DNA from: Fibrobacteria bacterium | GTDB lineage: Bacteria > Fibrobacterota > Chitinivibrionia > Chitinivibrionales > FEN-1185 | Reading direction: 5' to 3' | DNA length: 64,000 bases | Assembly: GCA_037447435.1 (NCBI GenBank) | Contig: JBBIGR010000002.1 | Span: 160,001-224,000 of the forward strand | Part shown: positions 29,306 to 38,637 of the stretch, piece after piece | Layout of the letters: each line of letters opens with the position of its first letter | Numbering within the stretch: the first letter of the stretch is position 1 | Translations under genes and position numbers: made by a program | The notes under the pieces: generated by a model | Seen by the model: only the letters and a program-made list of their open reading frames with translations | Told to the model about the DNA's origin: nothing | The model's database searches: none

Positions 29306-29361
29306 TACATAAAATAGATGGGGTTATAAATAGCATTTTATTTTAAATGAAACGATATTAT
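29306..29361 (+). promoter_or_regulatory. Conserved 56-bp upstream element, copy 2 (before the sorting-domain-only/GH3 unit)
   Basis: 45/56 identity to 26568-26623; it ends in a TATTAT(AAT) -10-like hexamer. Confidence 0.75.
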
Positions 29362-29433
29362 AATTAATTGATTGAAGACTTTTAACGACATTCAATAACG
29401 GAAAATAACCATTTAAAAAAAGGAGTACCTTCT

Positions 29434-29820
29434 ATGTTGAGAAGAAGCATTCTATCGATCATCGTTGCTTTTTCGCTCGGGGCTTTTGCCGACACTGTTG
29501 TCAAGAGCAGTGCCGCTTTCGCTTTTCCTACAAGCGTATCAACCACAGCCTGGACATTTGCACAAGCCAATGAAGCCTCGTTCAATTTCACGAAGCCACT
29601 GGCAGGAAAAAACATCGTCGAATTTTCTTGGAACCTTCCGAAAAGAATTAACCAGGGAAACATAACGGTATTTTCCGTTTCCGGCGCAAAAGTTAAATCG
29701 TTTCCCATCACATCCTCCTATGGGACCGTGCAATGGAAAACAAATGCAAGCGGTATTTATTTCGCACAGTTATCGGGTGGTTCATTCAAGAAAAATCTTC
29801 AAGTCTTTTTATACAGATAA
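29434..29820 (+). CDS. Small secreted protein made almost only of a T9SS type-A-like sorting domain
   Basis: AGGAG RBS, signal peptide (…LGAFA-D), then ITVFSVSGAKVKSF…VQW…ASGIYFAQL…KNLQVFLYR. Confidence 0.75.
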   Translation: MLRRSILSIIVAFSLGAFADTVVKSSAAFAFPTSVSTTAWTFAQANEASFNFTKPLAGKNIVEFSWNLPKRINQGNITVFSVSGAKVKSFPITSSYGTVQWKTNASGIYFAQLSGGSFKKNLQVFLYR

Positions 29821-29840
29821 GAAATTAACGGAGGAAAATC

Positions 29841-32228
29841 ATGCGAAAAAGCATTATCGGTCTTTTTATGTTTCTTTTTGCGGCGAGCGCAACGAGCATT
29901 TTTGCCGTACCCACAACGTTGGACACGGTGTCGGTCCCGGTAAAACTTCTTAAATGCCTTTCATCATCTCCAACCGTTTCCTATTATGTTGGGAAAGTCA
30001 ACTACGACATGCACATTCACGACAATGATTCCCTGAGCATCGTATTGTCTTTTGATCCTGTCGGAGCGGGCGGCGCGGTCACCGTCGATTCCGTAAAGGG
30101 CGATGTCGGTATTGTCCCTCTTGCCAATGGAATAAACGGGACAAACGAAATTTATTTCTGGTGTCATATTACCGGCACGCCGGCAACGACCTATACGGCT
30201 AAAGTGACGATCAATGACGGTCAAAGCAATATCGAAAAAACAACAAATGCCTTGGTCGCACAAATGACCAACGGAGAAAAAGCAGCTCAATGTTATTCGA
30301 ATGGAAACCGGGAATACCCCGATCTTAACAAATACGGCGGCATTCCGGGATTCTACATGGCCAACGGAACTTCGGGTCCGTGTCAGCTCGTAAGCGGATA
30401 TTCCACATCGTTTCCTACCGGTGCCGCAATGACCTGCACTTTCGATAAGCAGCTTATGGATAGTGTCGGTACTGCCATTGCGCAGGAATTCTGGGCAAAA
30501 GGCCATTATATGATCGAGGCACCCATGATCAACATGGTGATTGACCCGCGCGGTGGAAGAAACTGGGAAACTTTTGGTGAAGACCCGTATCTTGCCGCCC
30601 AACTCGGTCTTGCGTATTGCAACGGCGCTCAGAAATTGAATTGCATTATTACCCCCAAACACATCATTTGCAACGACCGTGAAACAAACCGTTCGAAATA
30701 CAGCTCAAATATCACGGAACGTCCGTTGCGTGAAAATTATTTGTTGCCTTTTGAATACATCGTCAAGGAAGGCAAAGCGTGGGGCATCATGAGTGCATAT
30801 AACCAGGTCAATAATACCTATTGCCCTGCCAACACCCATTTGCTGACCGATATCCTGAAAACCGACTGGGGATTCAGAGGCTTTACGATTTCCGATTGGG
30901 ACGCGATGAACAATAACACCGCCGCACAATGCGCAAACGCGGGTCAGGACGTTGAATTGCCGGATGCCGTCGTGTATTCTCAGCTTGCAAACGTGGTGCC
31001 CAGCCAGGTTGCGCAAACGAGGCTTGACGATATGGCAAAAAGAGTGATTCGGACAAAAGTATGGTCCGGCGTCATCGGTAAACTTGGGACAAATGCAAAC
31101 ACGAAATACGCCGCAACGCTCGAATCGCAAAATCACAAAGACTTGGCATTGCAAACCGCCTTAAAATCAATCGTTCTTGTGAAGAATGCCAATTTCGGAA
31201 CACCGGCCGCACCTACATTGCCGTTAGATCCAAACAAAACCGTTGCGGTTGTCGGAACCTATTATAATCAATGCAGACAATGGGGAGTCGGAGCCATTGC
31301 AAGCGGAAAACCGTGTCCCGACCCTGCCGCCGGTATTCAAGTAGCTCCGGATGCCGGCATCAGTGCCAGAGCGGGCGCAAAGTATCTTGCGCAGAATTGG
31401 CAATCGGCAGACCAGGTCGTAGTCGTCGTGGGTGTTTCCGGCGAAGCTGAAAACCAGGATAGATCTTCATTGTACATTACGCCCGCCAACACGGATAACG
31501 CGCTTATCGCGTCGATTATCGCAGCCGGAAAAAAATGCGTCGTCGTAATGACCGGCGGAAGCCCTGCGGTTCAGGAAGGCTGGGCAAATGCAAATGCGGT
31601 ACTTGTCGAATGGTATGGCGGCCAAGCTCAGGGTACGGCGCTGGCCCAGATTTTATACGGCGATGTAAACCCCTCGGGCCGACTATCGGCTTCCTTTCCT
31701 GCAAGCGCAGGTCAATTGCCTGCATTTTCCGATGCGCCGACCGCTATCCAATATGAAAACTATACGACTGATTTTGGAAGAGGATATCGCTATTACGATC
31801 AGAATAATCTCATCCCGTTGTATGCGTTCGGCTACGGTTTAAGCTACACGACATTCCAATACAGCAATTTAACCATTAATCCCAGCCCTCTGTACGTCGG
31901 TCAATACGTCGTTACGGTCGACATCAAGAATACGGGAACTAAAGCCGGCGATGAAGTCGCCGAACTGTACATTCATCCGAACGCTTCGCCGAAACCCAGA
32001 CCGGTTAAGGAATTGCGAGGCTTTAATCGGGTAACGCTGGCGGCAGGCGAGACAAAAACCGTGTCCTTTACCATTCGAGAAAGAGAACTTGCCTATTTCG
32101 ATGACGGCACGGGCGTGAACAAATTTGTCGTCGCACCGGGCGCGTACACAATCCTGGTTGGGCCGTCATCGTATGCCGGACAAGGGTTGACCGCTTTCCC
32201 CGTTTCCGGAACTCTTACGGTGCAATAG
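29841..32228 (+). CDS. Secreted GH3 beta-glycosidase with an extra N-terminal beta-rich domain and C-terminal Fn3-like domain
   Basis: GGRNWETFGEDPYL, TPKH, IMSAYNQVN, ILKTDWGFRGFTISDW, PSGRL, AFGYGLSYTTF and RPVKELRGF. Confidence 0.95.
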   Translation: MRKSIIGLFMFLFAASATSIFAVPTTLDTVSVPVKLLKCLSSSPTVSYYVGKVNYDMHIHDNDSLSIVLSFDPVGAGGAVTVDSVKGDVGIVPLANGINGTNEIYFWCHITGTPATTYTAKVTINDGQSNIEKTTNALVAQMTNGEKAAQCYSNGNREYPDLNKYGGIPGFYMANGTSGPCQLVSGYSTSFPTGAAMTCTFDKQLMDSVGTAIAQEFWAKGHYMIEAPMINMVIDPRGGRNWETFGEDPYLAAQLGLAYCNGAQKLNCIITPKHIICNDRETNRSKYSSNITERPLRENYLLPFEYIVKEGKAWGIMSAYNQVNNTYCPANTHLLTDILKTDWGFRGFTISDWDAMNNNTAAQCANAGQDVELPDAVVYSQLANVVPSQVAQTRLDDMAKRVIRTKVWSGVIGKLGTNANTKYAATLESQNHKDLALQTALKSIVLVKNANFGTPAAPTLPLDPNKTVAVVGTYYNQCRQWGVGAIASGKPCPDPAAGIQVAPDAGISARAGAKYLAQNWQSADQVVVVVGVSGEAENQDRSSLYITPANTDNALIASIIAAGKKCVVVMTGGSPAVQEGWANANAVLVEWYGGQAQGTALAQILYGDVNPSGRLSASFPASAGQLPAFSDAPTAIQYENYTTDFGRGYRYYDQNNLIPLYAFGYGLSYTTFQYSNLTINPSPLYVGQYVVTVDIKNTGTKAGDEVAELYIHPNASPKPRPVKELRGFNRVTLAAGETKTVSFTIRERELAYFDDGTGVNKFVVAPGAYTILVGPSSYAGQGLTAFPVSGTLTVQ

Positions 32229-32285
32229 CGAAATCGGCTGACTCTGGTATTGAACCTGATGCTTTACAAAAAATCTAAACTCATT

Positions 32286-32324
32286 CCCCGAAGGTATCGC
32301 CGATAAACGGCGATACCTTCGGGG
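32286..32324. repeat. Perfect 17-bp inverted repeat without a U-tract (intergenic hairpin)
   Basis: CCCCGAAGGTATCGCCG-ataaa-CGGCGATACCTTCGGGG. Confidence 0.8.
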
Positions 32325-32391
32325 CCACGATCGCAAACAACGGTGCCGTTTACCAATTGACACAATCCGAGCAATCGACGAAAGGGGTCTT

Positions 32392-33837
32392 ATGAAGAAC
32401 ATGACAGCAAAATCATCCGTACTGGGGGTACTGATTGCTGTATCGCTTTGTTTCGCGGACAATCTTGACACTATGGAATCTCCGACGACGTTAACGCCGC
32501 CGCCGCCCGCTGCAGCGCCGGAGGCTTCGGGAGTAAAAATAAAGCAAAGCGGTTTTCTGGGATTTGAAGGCGGCGAAATCGTTGAAGGAACCATGGATGC
32601 AAACCATTCGACCGAAACCGTCTCAAACGACGGCGGGCAAGGGCTTTTCGAAAAAGCGTGGATGGAAAGGATGTTGTTTCAGTGGGTCAACGATATATCC
32701 GTGACCGATCGCATCAAATTGGTGCTTGCAATCGAATGCCAGATGGGTTTCCACTTTCCGTATGATCAGACCGTTCTGTATGAATCGCATCAACCCGCAT
32801 TCACCTTTTACCCGGACAGGGCCGAAGGTACATATACGTTGGGCGATTTGGACAGACCCTGGTTGCAAATCGGATTCGGTTATTTCCCTTTTAGAACCGC
32901 TCCCGACGTCCGAAACCTCGGGGAATATTTGTTCCGTACAAATACCTATCCCGTCTATGTCATGAACAATTTCAATCGGCCTTATTCAAGACTTCTCGGA
33001 TTTCGATTCAGCAGCACGTTATTCGACAGTCTGCATATGGACCTTCTCTTGACAAGCTCAAACCTTCTTCCGCCCCTGGTCGATTACTCATTATCCTTTG
33101 TCGCCAGCTATCGAGTGCTGAAATGTCTTGATATCGGCGGCGGAATCAGCGCGTGCCATTTGTTCAATACGTATGACGCCCAGGAAACCAATAAAGATTA
33201 CCGTTACATTAAAGATAACGGGGATACGGCGCAATACACGTTTGAAGGCACAAAGCTGATGGCCCGTTTTGCGTTTGACCCTAAGCCGATTTTCGGATTG
33301 CAGAATACGTTCAGTAAAGCGGATCTTCGGCTGTACGGCGAATGGTGCATAACCGGCGTTTCCGACCAAAAGAATTACGATACCGTATCGACGGATCCGA
33401 CGAATTTCGGCGGACATTTTTATGATAATCCCAACGACCGGATGCTTTACATGATGGGATTGAATCTTCCGTTTTTCAGGCTGATTCAATTAGCGTCTTT
33501 TGATGTCATCAAAGAGACTCCCGACGATGTCTTTTCGATCGAAGTCGAGCATTTTCCGAATAAATATGCAAACTCGGGTATGGAAGTTTTCGGCAGAACC
33601 GGGCCCTGGAAACCGATTCCCGATCCGCCGTCCAATGCATTGGTCAGCTCCGTCTTTCCCTGGTTCTGGTCGTTTTATTTTAAAAAGAACTTCCTCGACC
33701 ATTTCGCTCTTATCGTGCAATTGGCCCGGGACCATATGCGTCCGGTCGCCAACAATCCCAACTACTATTACACCGAGGATGTTCTCGAAAGACAACAAGA
33801 CTGGTGGTGGAATGTCCGTTTGAACCTCAACTATTGA
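32392..33837 (+). CDS. Hypothetical outer-membrane beta-barrel protein
   Basis: Signal peptide, aromatic-rich alternating strands and a C-terminal beta-signal-like WWWNVRLNLNY. Confidence 0.65.
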   Translation: MKNMTAKSSVLGVLIAVSLCFADNLDTMESPTTLTPPPPAAAPEASGVKIKQSGFLGFEGGEIVEGTMDANHSTETVSNDGGQGLFEKAWMERMLFQWVNDISVTDRIKLVLAIECQMGFHFPYDQTVLYESHQPAFTFYPDRAEGTYTLGDLDRPWLQIGFGYFPFRTAPDVRNLGEYLFRTNTYPVYVMNNFNRPYSRLLGFRFSSTLFDSLHMDLLLTSSNLLPPLVDYSLSFVASYRVLKCLDIGGGISACHLFNTYDAQETNKDYRYIKDNGDTAQYTFEGTKLMARFAFDPKPIFGLQNTFSKADLRLYGEWCITGVSDQKNYDTVSTDPTNFGGHFYDNPNDRMLYMMGLNLPFFRLIQLASFDVIKETPDDVFSIEVEHFPNKYANSGMEVFGRTGPWKPIPDPPSNALVSSVFPWFWSFYFKKNFLDHFALIVQLARDHMRPVANNPNYYYTEDVLERQQDWWWNVRLNLNY

Positions 33838-33927
33838 CCCTTTGCTTGAAATCAAACGGCACAATCGATCGATTACCGCAATACGGCAACGTATTGCGGA
33901 CATTACAACAGTAAAGGAAAAAGCCTT

Positions 33928-35205
33928 GTGACAGACGCAAAAAAAAATACCGGATATTTCAGATGGATCATTTGCGGCGTCCTCTTTCTTGCCATGACCA
34001 TCAACTATATCGATCGGCAAGTCATCAGCATACTGAAACCCATGATAGTATCCTGGCCCGGTTGGTCGGAACTCGAATATGGCCGGGTCATATCGTTCTT
34101 TCAGCTTTCCTATGCGCTTGCCATGATCGGCGCCGGCGCACTGATTGACAAAATTGGAATCAAAAAAGGCTTTATCATCGCAATTACGTTTTGGAGCCTT
34201 GCAGCCATGGGGCACGCGATTTCCGGAACCGTCGTTTCTTTTATACTATGGCGGATTCTTCTGGGAATCGGCGAAGCCGCGAATTTTCCCGCCGCAGTGA
34301 AGACCGTTGCGGAATGGTTTCCGAAAAGTCAACGCGCCCTCGCCACCGGCATTTTCAATTCCGGCACCAATATCGGCGCCTTCGTTACGCCGTTTGCCGT
34401 TGCATGGATACTGACGTCGCTTGGAACATGGCGCTGGGTTTTCATTTTGACCGGCGCTATCGGGTTTTTGTGGCTTGTATTGTGGCTCATCATTTACAAA
34501 AGACCGGAAAAGCATCCCCGTCTCTCGCCGGAAGAATTGGCATTCATTCAAAGCGAACCTGAAGAAAAAATCGAAAAGACGCCCTGGCTTTCCCTTTTCG
34601 GCCATAAACAAACCTATGCCTTTTTATTGGGAAAATTCCTTACCGATCCTATTTGGTGGGTATGGCTTTTTTGGGTGCCCGGCTTTTTAAACAAGAAATT
34701 TCACGTCAATATTACCGATATGAAAACGATGGGCATTTCTTTGGTCGTCATTTATACCATGGCCAGCGTCGGATCGATTGTCGGCGGATGGCTGCCGGCC
34801 TTTTTCATCAAACGGGGACTTTCATTGAACGTCGCACGCAAAAGCTCGATGTTGCTTTGTGCGCTTTGCGTCGTGCCGGTCGTCGGTGCGGCATTTACGG
34901 CAAATATCTGGGTTGCGGTTTTACTTATCGGACTTGCCTGCGGAGCGCATCAAGGCTGGTCGGCAAATATGTATACCCTCGGTTCCGATATGTTTCCCAA
35001 AGGCGCTGTCGGATCGGTTGTCGGAATTGCGGGTGCGGCCGGCGGAATCGGCGGATTCATCATGGCAAACTATATCGGTGCGATTCTAAATAAGAACGCC
35101 AGTAATTATTTGCCGATTTTCGTTATTGCCGGATCGATGTATTTGCTGGCTCTATTGATTATCCAGGTTATCGTACCGAGACTTGAGAAAGCAAAAATCG
35201 CCTGA
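33928..35205 (+). CDS. exuT: MFS hexuronate transporter (ExuT family)
   Basis: RWIICGVLFLAMTINYIDRQ, GEAANFPAAVKTVAEWFP..RALATGIFNSG, KFLTDPIWW and HQGWSAN; GTG start after AAGGA. Confidence 0.9.
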   Translation: MTDAKKNTGYFRWIICGVLFLAMTINYIDRQVISILKPMIVSWPGWSELEYGRVISFFQLSYALAMIGAGALIDKIGIKKGFIIAITFWSLAAMGHAISGTVVSFILWRILLGIGEAANFPAAVKTVAEWFPKSQRALATGIFNSGTNIGAFVTPFAVAWILTSLGTWRWVFILTGAIGFLWLVLWLIIYKRPEKHPRLSPEELAFIQSEPEEKIEKTPWLSLFGHKQTYAFLLGKFLTDPIWWVWLFWVPGFLNKKFHVNITDMKTMGISLVVIYTMASVGSIVGGWLPAFFIKRGLSLNVARKSSMLLCALCVVPVVGAAFTANIWVAVLLIGLACGAHQGWSANMYTLGSDMFPKGAVGSVVGIAGAAGGIGGFIMANYIGAILNKNASNYLPIFVIAGSMYLLALLIIQVIVPRLEKAKIA

Positions 35206-35234
35206 ATAGGTGGATTTACCAAAAGGTACCGACT

Positions 35235-35666
35235 ATGAAATACGTGTTCGACAGCAAAAACAGCAAACGATATGCGTTTCCTACTCACAGCAACGATTTG
35301 ATAATAGACAGGGCCGATGCGTCCGCATCGGAGGTGTTTATTGTCATTGTAGAACCGGGAAAAGCGGTCCATTTGCATTCGCACGAAGATGTCGAACAGA
35401 TTTTTTATATTTTAGAGGGAGACGGGATCCTCACGATCGGCGAAGCGAAAGATGAAATTGAAGTTCATCCGACAAATGTCGTAAAAATTCCTCCAAAAAC
35501 CCTTCATACAATCCGGGCAAAATCCGATAAGGAAATCCGTTATCTTTGCGTGGATTGCTTTTGTTCGCAGCAAAAAGTAAAGGAACCGACGTGGGATTCG
35601 CATGTGAAAGTGATGTGCAACGAGCAAGGCTACAAATTCGAAGATATCATTAAATTTCAAAAATAA
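35235..35666 (+). CDS. Cupin-domain protein
   Basis: PGKAVHLHSHEDVEQIFYILEG and IPPKTLHTI cupin metal motifs. Confidence 0.85.
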   Translation: MKYVFDSKNSKRYAFPTHSNDLIIDRADASASEVFIVIVEPGKAVHLHSHEDVEQIFYILEGDGILTIGEAKDEIEVHPTNVVKIPPKTLHTIRAKSDKEIRYLCVDCFCSQQKVKEPTWDSHVKVMCNEQGYKFEDIIKFQK

Positions 35667-35699
35667 AATTCTTACATGGCATAAAAGGAGCACAGCGCA

Positions 35700-37151
35700 A
35701 TGGGACAACAAGCAGATATTGCCGTCATCGGTCTCGCAGTAATGGGACAAAACCTCATTTTAAATATGAATGACCACGGCTACACGGTCGCAGCTTTCAA
35801 TCGAACGGTTAGCCTTGTAGACGATTTCCTTGCCAATGCGGCCAAGGGTACGAACGTCGTCGGGGTACGATCGATTCAGGAAATGATGAGCGTTTTAAAA
35901 CGACCTCGGAAAATAATGCTCATGGTCAAAGCCGGATCTCCGGTCGACTCCACAATAGAACAGATTCTTCCGTTTTGTGAAAAAGGCGACTGTATCATAG
36001 ACGGCGGGAACTCCTACTTTACAGATACGATACGCCGCACAAAATTCCTCGAAGAAAAAGGCATATTATTCATCGGAACCGGCGTTTCCGGCGGAGAAGA
36101 GGGCGCCCGGAACGGCCCGTCCATCATGCCCGGCGGAAGTGCCGCCGCCTGGCCATTAGTCAAAGATATCTTCAAGGCTATTTCCGCAAAAACCCCCGAC
36201 GGTTCTTCGTGTTGCGAATGGGTGGGAAACGGCGGCGCGGGTCATTATGTCAAGATGGCGCATAATGCCATCGAGTATGGCGATATGCAAATCATTTGCG
36301 AAGCATATCACCTTATGAAGAATATCGGAATTTCCGCCTCCGAAATGCAATCGATATTCACCCAATGGAACAAGACCGAACTCGACAGCTATCTTATTGA
36401 AATAACAGCCGAAATTTTAGCGGTCAAAGATTCCGACAATACTCCGCTCGTCGACAAAATCCTGGACCTTGCCGGGCAAAAAGGCACGGGAAAATGGTTC
36501 AGCGTAAACTCCTTGGACCTTGGCATTCCGGTAACGCTTATCGCCGAAGCCGTGTACGCACGATGTTTGTCGGCGCTTAAAGACGAGCGTGTTGTTGCAT
36601 CGAAAAAAATCAAAGGACCGTCGACTTTGTTCGGCGGCGATAAAAAGGCGTTTATCGAAGATATCCGCCAGGCGCTTTTGGCATCCAAAATAATTTCCTA
36701 TGCGCAGGGGTTTATGTGCATGCGTGAAGCGCAAAAGGAATACGGCTGGACGTTGAACTTCGGCGACATCGCCCTCTTATGGCGCGGCGGCTGCATCATA
36801 CGCAGCGCGTTTCTTGACAAAATTAAATCGGCATTCGATAAAAACCCCGATCTGGCAAATTTGCTGCTTGACGACTATTTCAAAACCGTTGTCGAAAATT
36901 GCCAGGCGTCCTGGCGCAGGGTCGTTTCCCAAGCCGTGCTGATGGGTATCCCGTTACCCGCCTTTTCATCGGCGCTTGCGTTTTTCGACGGGTATCGAAG
37001 CGAGCAACTGCCTGCGAATTTATTGCAAGCGCAACGGGATTATTTCGGCGCTCATACATACAGCAGGACCGATAAACCGCGCGACCAGGTATTTCATACC
37101 AATTGGAACGGGCGGGGCGGCAACGTGACGTCGAGATCGTATCTTGCGTAG
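35700..37151 (+). CDS. gnd: 6-phosphogluconate dehydrogenase, decarboxylating (NADP)
   Basis: IGLAVMGQNL, IIDGGNS, GVSGGEEGA, GQKGTGKW, WRGGCIIRS and QAQRDYFGAHTY. Confidence 0.98.
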   Translation: MGQQADIAVIGLAVMGQNLILNMNDHGYTVAAFNRTVSLVDDFLANAAKGTNVVGVRSIQEMMSVLKRPRKIMLMVKAGSPVDSTIEQILPFCEKGDCIIDGGNSYFTDTIRRTKFLEEKGILFIGTGVSGGEEGARNGPSIMPGGSAAAWPLVKDIFKAISAKTPDGSSCCEWVGNGGAGHYVKMAHNAIEYGDMQIICEAYHLMKNIGISASEMQSIFTQWNKTELDSYLIEITAEILAVKDSDNTPLVDKILDLAGQKGTGKWFSVNSLDLGIPVTLIAEAVYARCLSALKDERVVASKKIKGPSTLFGGDKKAFIEDIRQALLASKIISYAQGFMCMREAQKEYGWTLNFGDIALLWRGGCIIRSAFLDKIKSAFDKNPDLANLLLDDYFKTVVENCQASWRRVVSQAVLMGIPLPAFSSALAFFDGYRSEQLPANLLQAQRDYFGAHTYSRTDKPRDQVFHTNWNGRGGNVTSRSYLA

Positions 37152-37182
37152 TTAAACATTTTCCGAACGGAACATATTCACA

Positions 37183-38637
37183 ATGTCATATATGTCGAAT
37201 AATTTTTTGCTCCACAACAAGACGGCCGAGACGCTTTTTCATTCCTATGCGGAATCGATGCCGATTTTGGATTATCATTGCCATCTTTCCCCAAAATCGA
37301 TTGCCGAGGATGAAAAATTCGATACCATAACGCAATTGTGGCTCGGCGGCGATCATTACAAATGGCGGCTCATTCGCGCCAACGGCGCGGATGAAAACAG
37401 TATTACGGGAAGCGCATCGGATTTTGAAAAATTCCTCAGGTGGTCTTCCACCCTGTCGCGGGCGATTAGAAATCCGCTTTACGATTGGGCGCATCTGGAA
37501 TTGCAACGCTACTTCGGCATCGACACGCTCTTGTCGGAAGATACTGCGACGGCAATCTACGGCGCTTGCAATGAGAAACTCAAGGAAGAATCGTTTTCCG
37601 CGAGAAACCTTCTCAGATTCATGAAGGTCAAGACCGTCTGTACGACCGACGATCCGATAGATTCTCTTGCATACCATGCCAAATTGCGGGACGACGGATT
37701 CGAAATCGCGGTATTGCCGTCGTTTCGGGCCGATAAAGTAATGGCAATACAAAATCCCGGCCAATTCAACCGGTATCTCGATTTGCTGTCGGAATCGACA
37801 TCGATATCGATACGGTCTTTCGAGGCCATGATCGAAGCTCTTGACATGCGACATGAATTCTTTCATGCCCAAGGATGCAGGGTCGCGGACAGCGCCTATA
37901 CGATTATCCCGACCGGGCAATTCACCGCGTCCCGGATCAAATCGATTTTCGAATGCCTTCGGTCGGGCAACCCGGTTTCGAAGCAAGAAATACCGGTATA
38001 TCAGTATGCCGTGGCGCTCGAACTCTCGAAAATGAACCATAAAAGAAATTGGGTTCAGCAATTGCATTGCGGCGTATTGCGCAATGTACGGACGGCATTG
38101 TTGGGACAAATCGGTCCGGATGCCGGCGGCGACTGTATGGGAGATTATCCGATCGCCGAATCGCTGTGCACCTATTTTAACGATCTTGACCAAAGCGGGC
38201 AACTGGCCAAAACGGTCATGTACAACATCAATCCCCGGGACAATGATTTGCTCGCAAACATCGTCAACACGTTTATGGACGGCTCCTGTCCGGGAAAAAT
38301 CCAATACGGTCCCGCCTGGTGGTTTTGCGACAACAAAGACGGCCTTATTTCTCATTTGAAATCACTTTCATCGAGCGGCCTTTTGGGAAGATTCATCGGC
38401 ATGACCACCGATTCGCGTTCCTTGCTCTCTTTTGTCCGGCATGAATATTTCCGGCGCATCCTCTGCAATTTCCTCGGCACTGAAATGGAAGCCGGAGATG
38501 TTCCGCAGGATATTCCGTTTATCGGCAGACTGATTCGCGATATCTGTTTTTACAATGCCCAGGAATATTTCGGATTCAATTCATCACAACAAACATCAAT
38601 TCGGAGAGAACAATATGAATGCGCAAATGCCCTCTGA
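37183..38637 (+). CDS. uxaC: Uronate (glucuronate) isomerase
   Basis: PILDYHCHL, WLGGDHYKWR, NPLYDW.HLEL, CTTDDP, AWWF.D and GMTTDSRS..S..RHEYFRR. Confidence 0.96.
   Translation: MSYMSNNFLLHNKTAETLFHSYAESMPILDYHCHLSPKSIAEDEKFDTITQLWLGGDHYKWRLIRANGADENSITGSASDFEKFLRWSSTLSRAIRNPLYDWAHLELQRYFGIDTLLSEDTATAIYGACNEKLKEESFSARNLLRFMKVKTVCTTDDPIDSLAYHAKLRDDGFEIAVLPSFRADKVMAIQNPGQFNRYLDLLSESTSISIRSFEAMIEALDMRHEFFHAQGCRVADSAYTIIPTGQFTASRIKSIFECLRSGNPVSKQEIPVYQYAVALELSKMNHKRNWVQQLHCGVLRNVRTALLGQIGPDAGGDCMGDYPIAESLCTYFNDLDQSGQLAKTVMYNINPRDNDLLANIVNTFMDGSCPGKIQYGPAWWFCDNKDGLISHLKSLSSSGLLGRFIGMTTDSRSLLSFVRHEYFRRILCNFLGTEMEAGDVPQDIPFIGRLIRDICFYNAQEYFGFNSSQQTSIRREQYECANAL

Noticed and set aside
33490..34215. 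241-aa minus-strand ORF spanning the barrel gene and exuT
   Set aside because: It overlaps two convincing plus-strand genes and has no motif.
37186..38355. 389-aa antisense ORF opposite uxaC
   Set aside because: It is a shadow frame of a well-conserved gene with no recognisable motifs.
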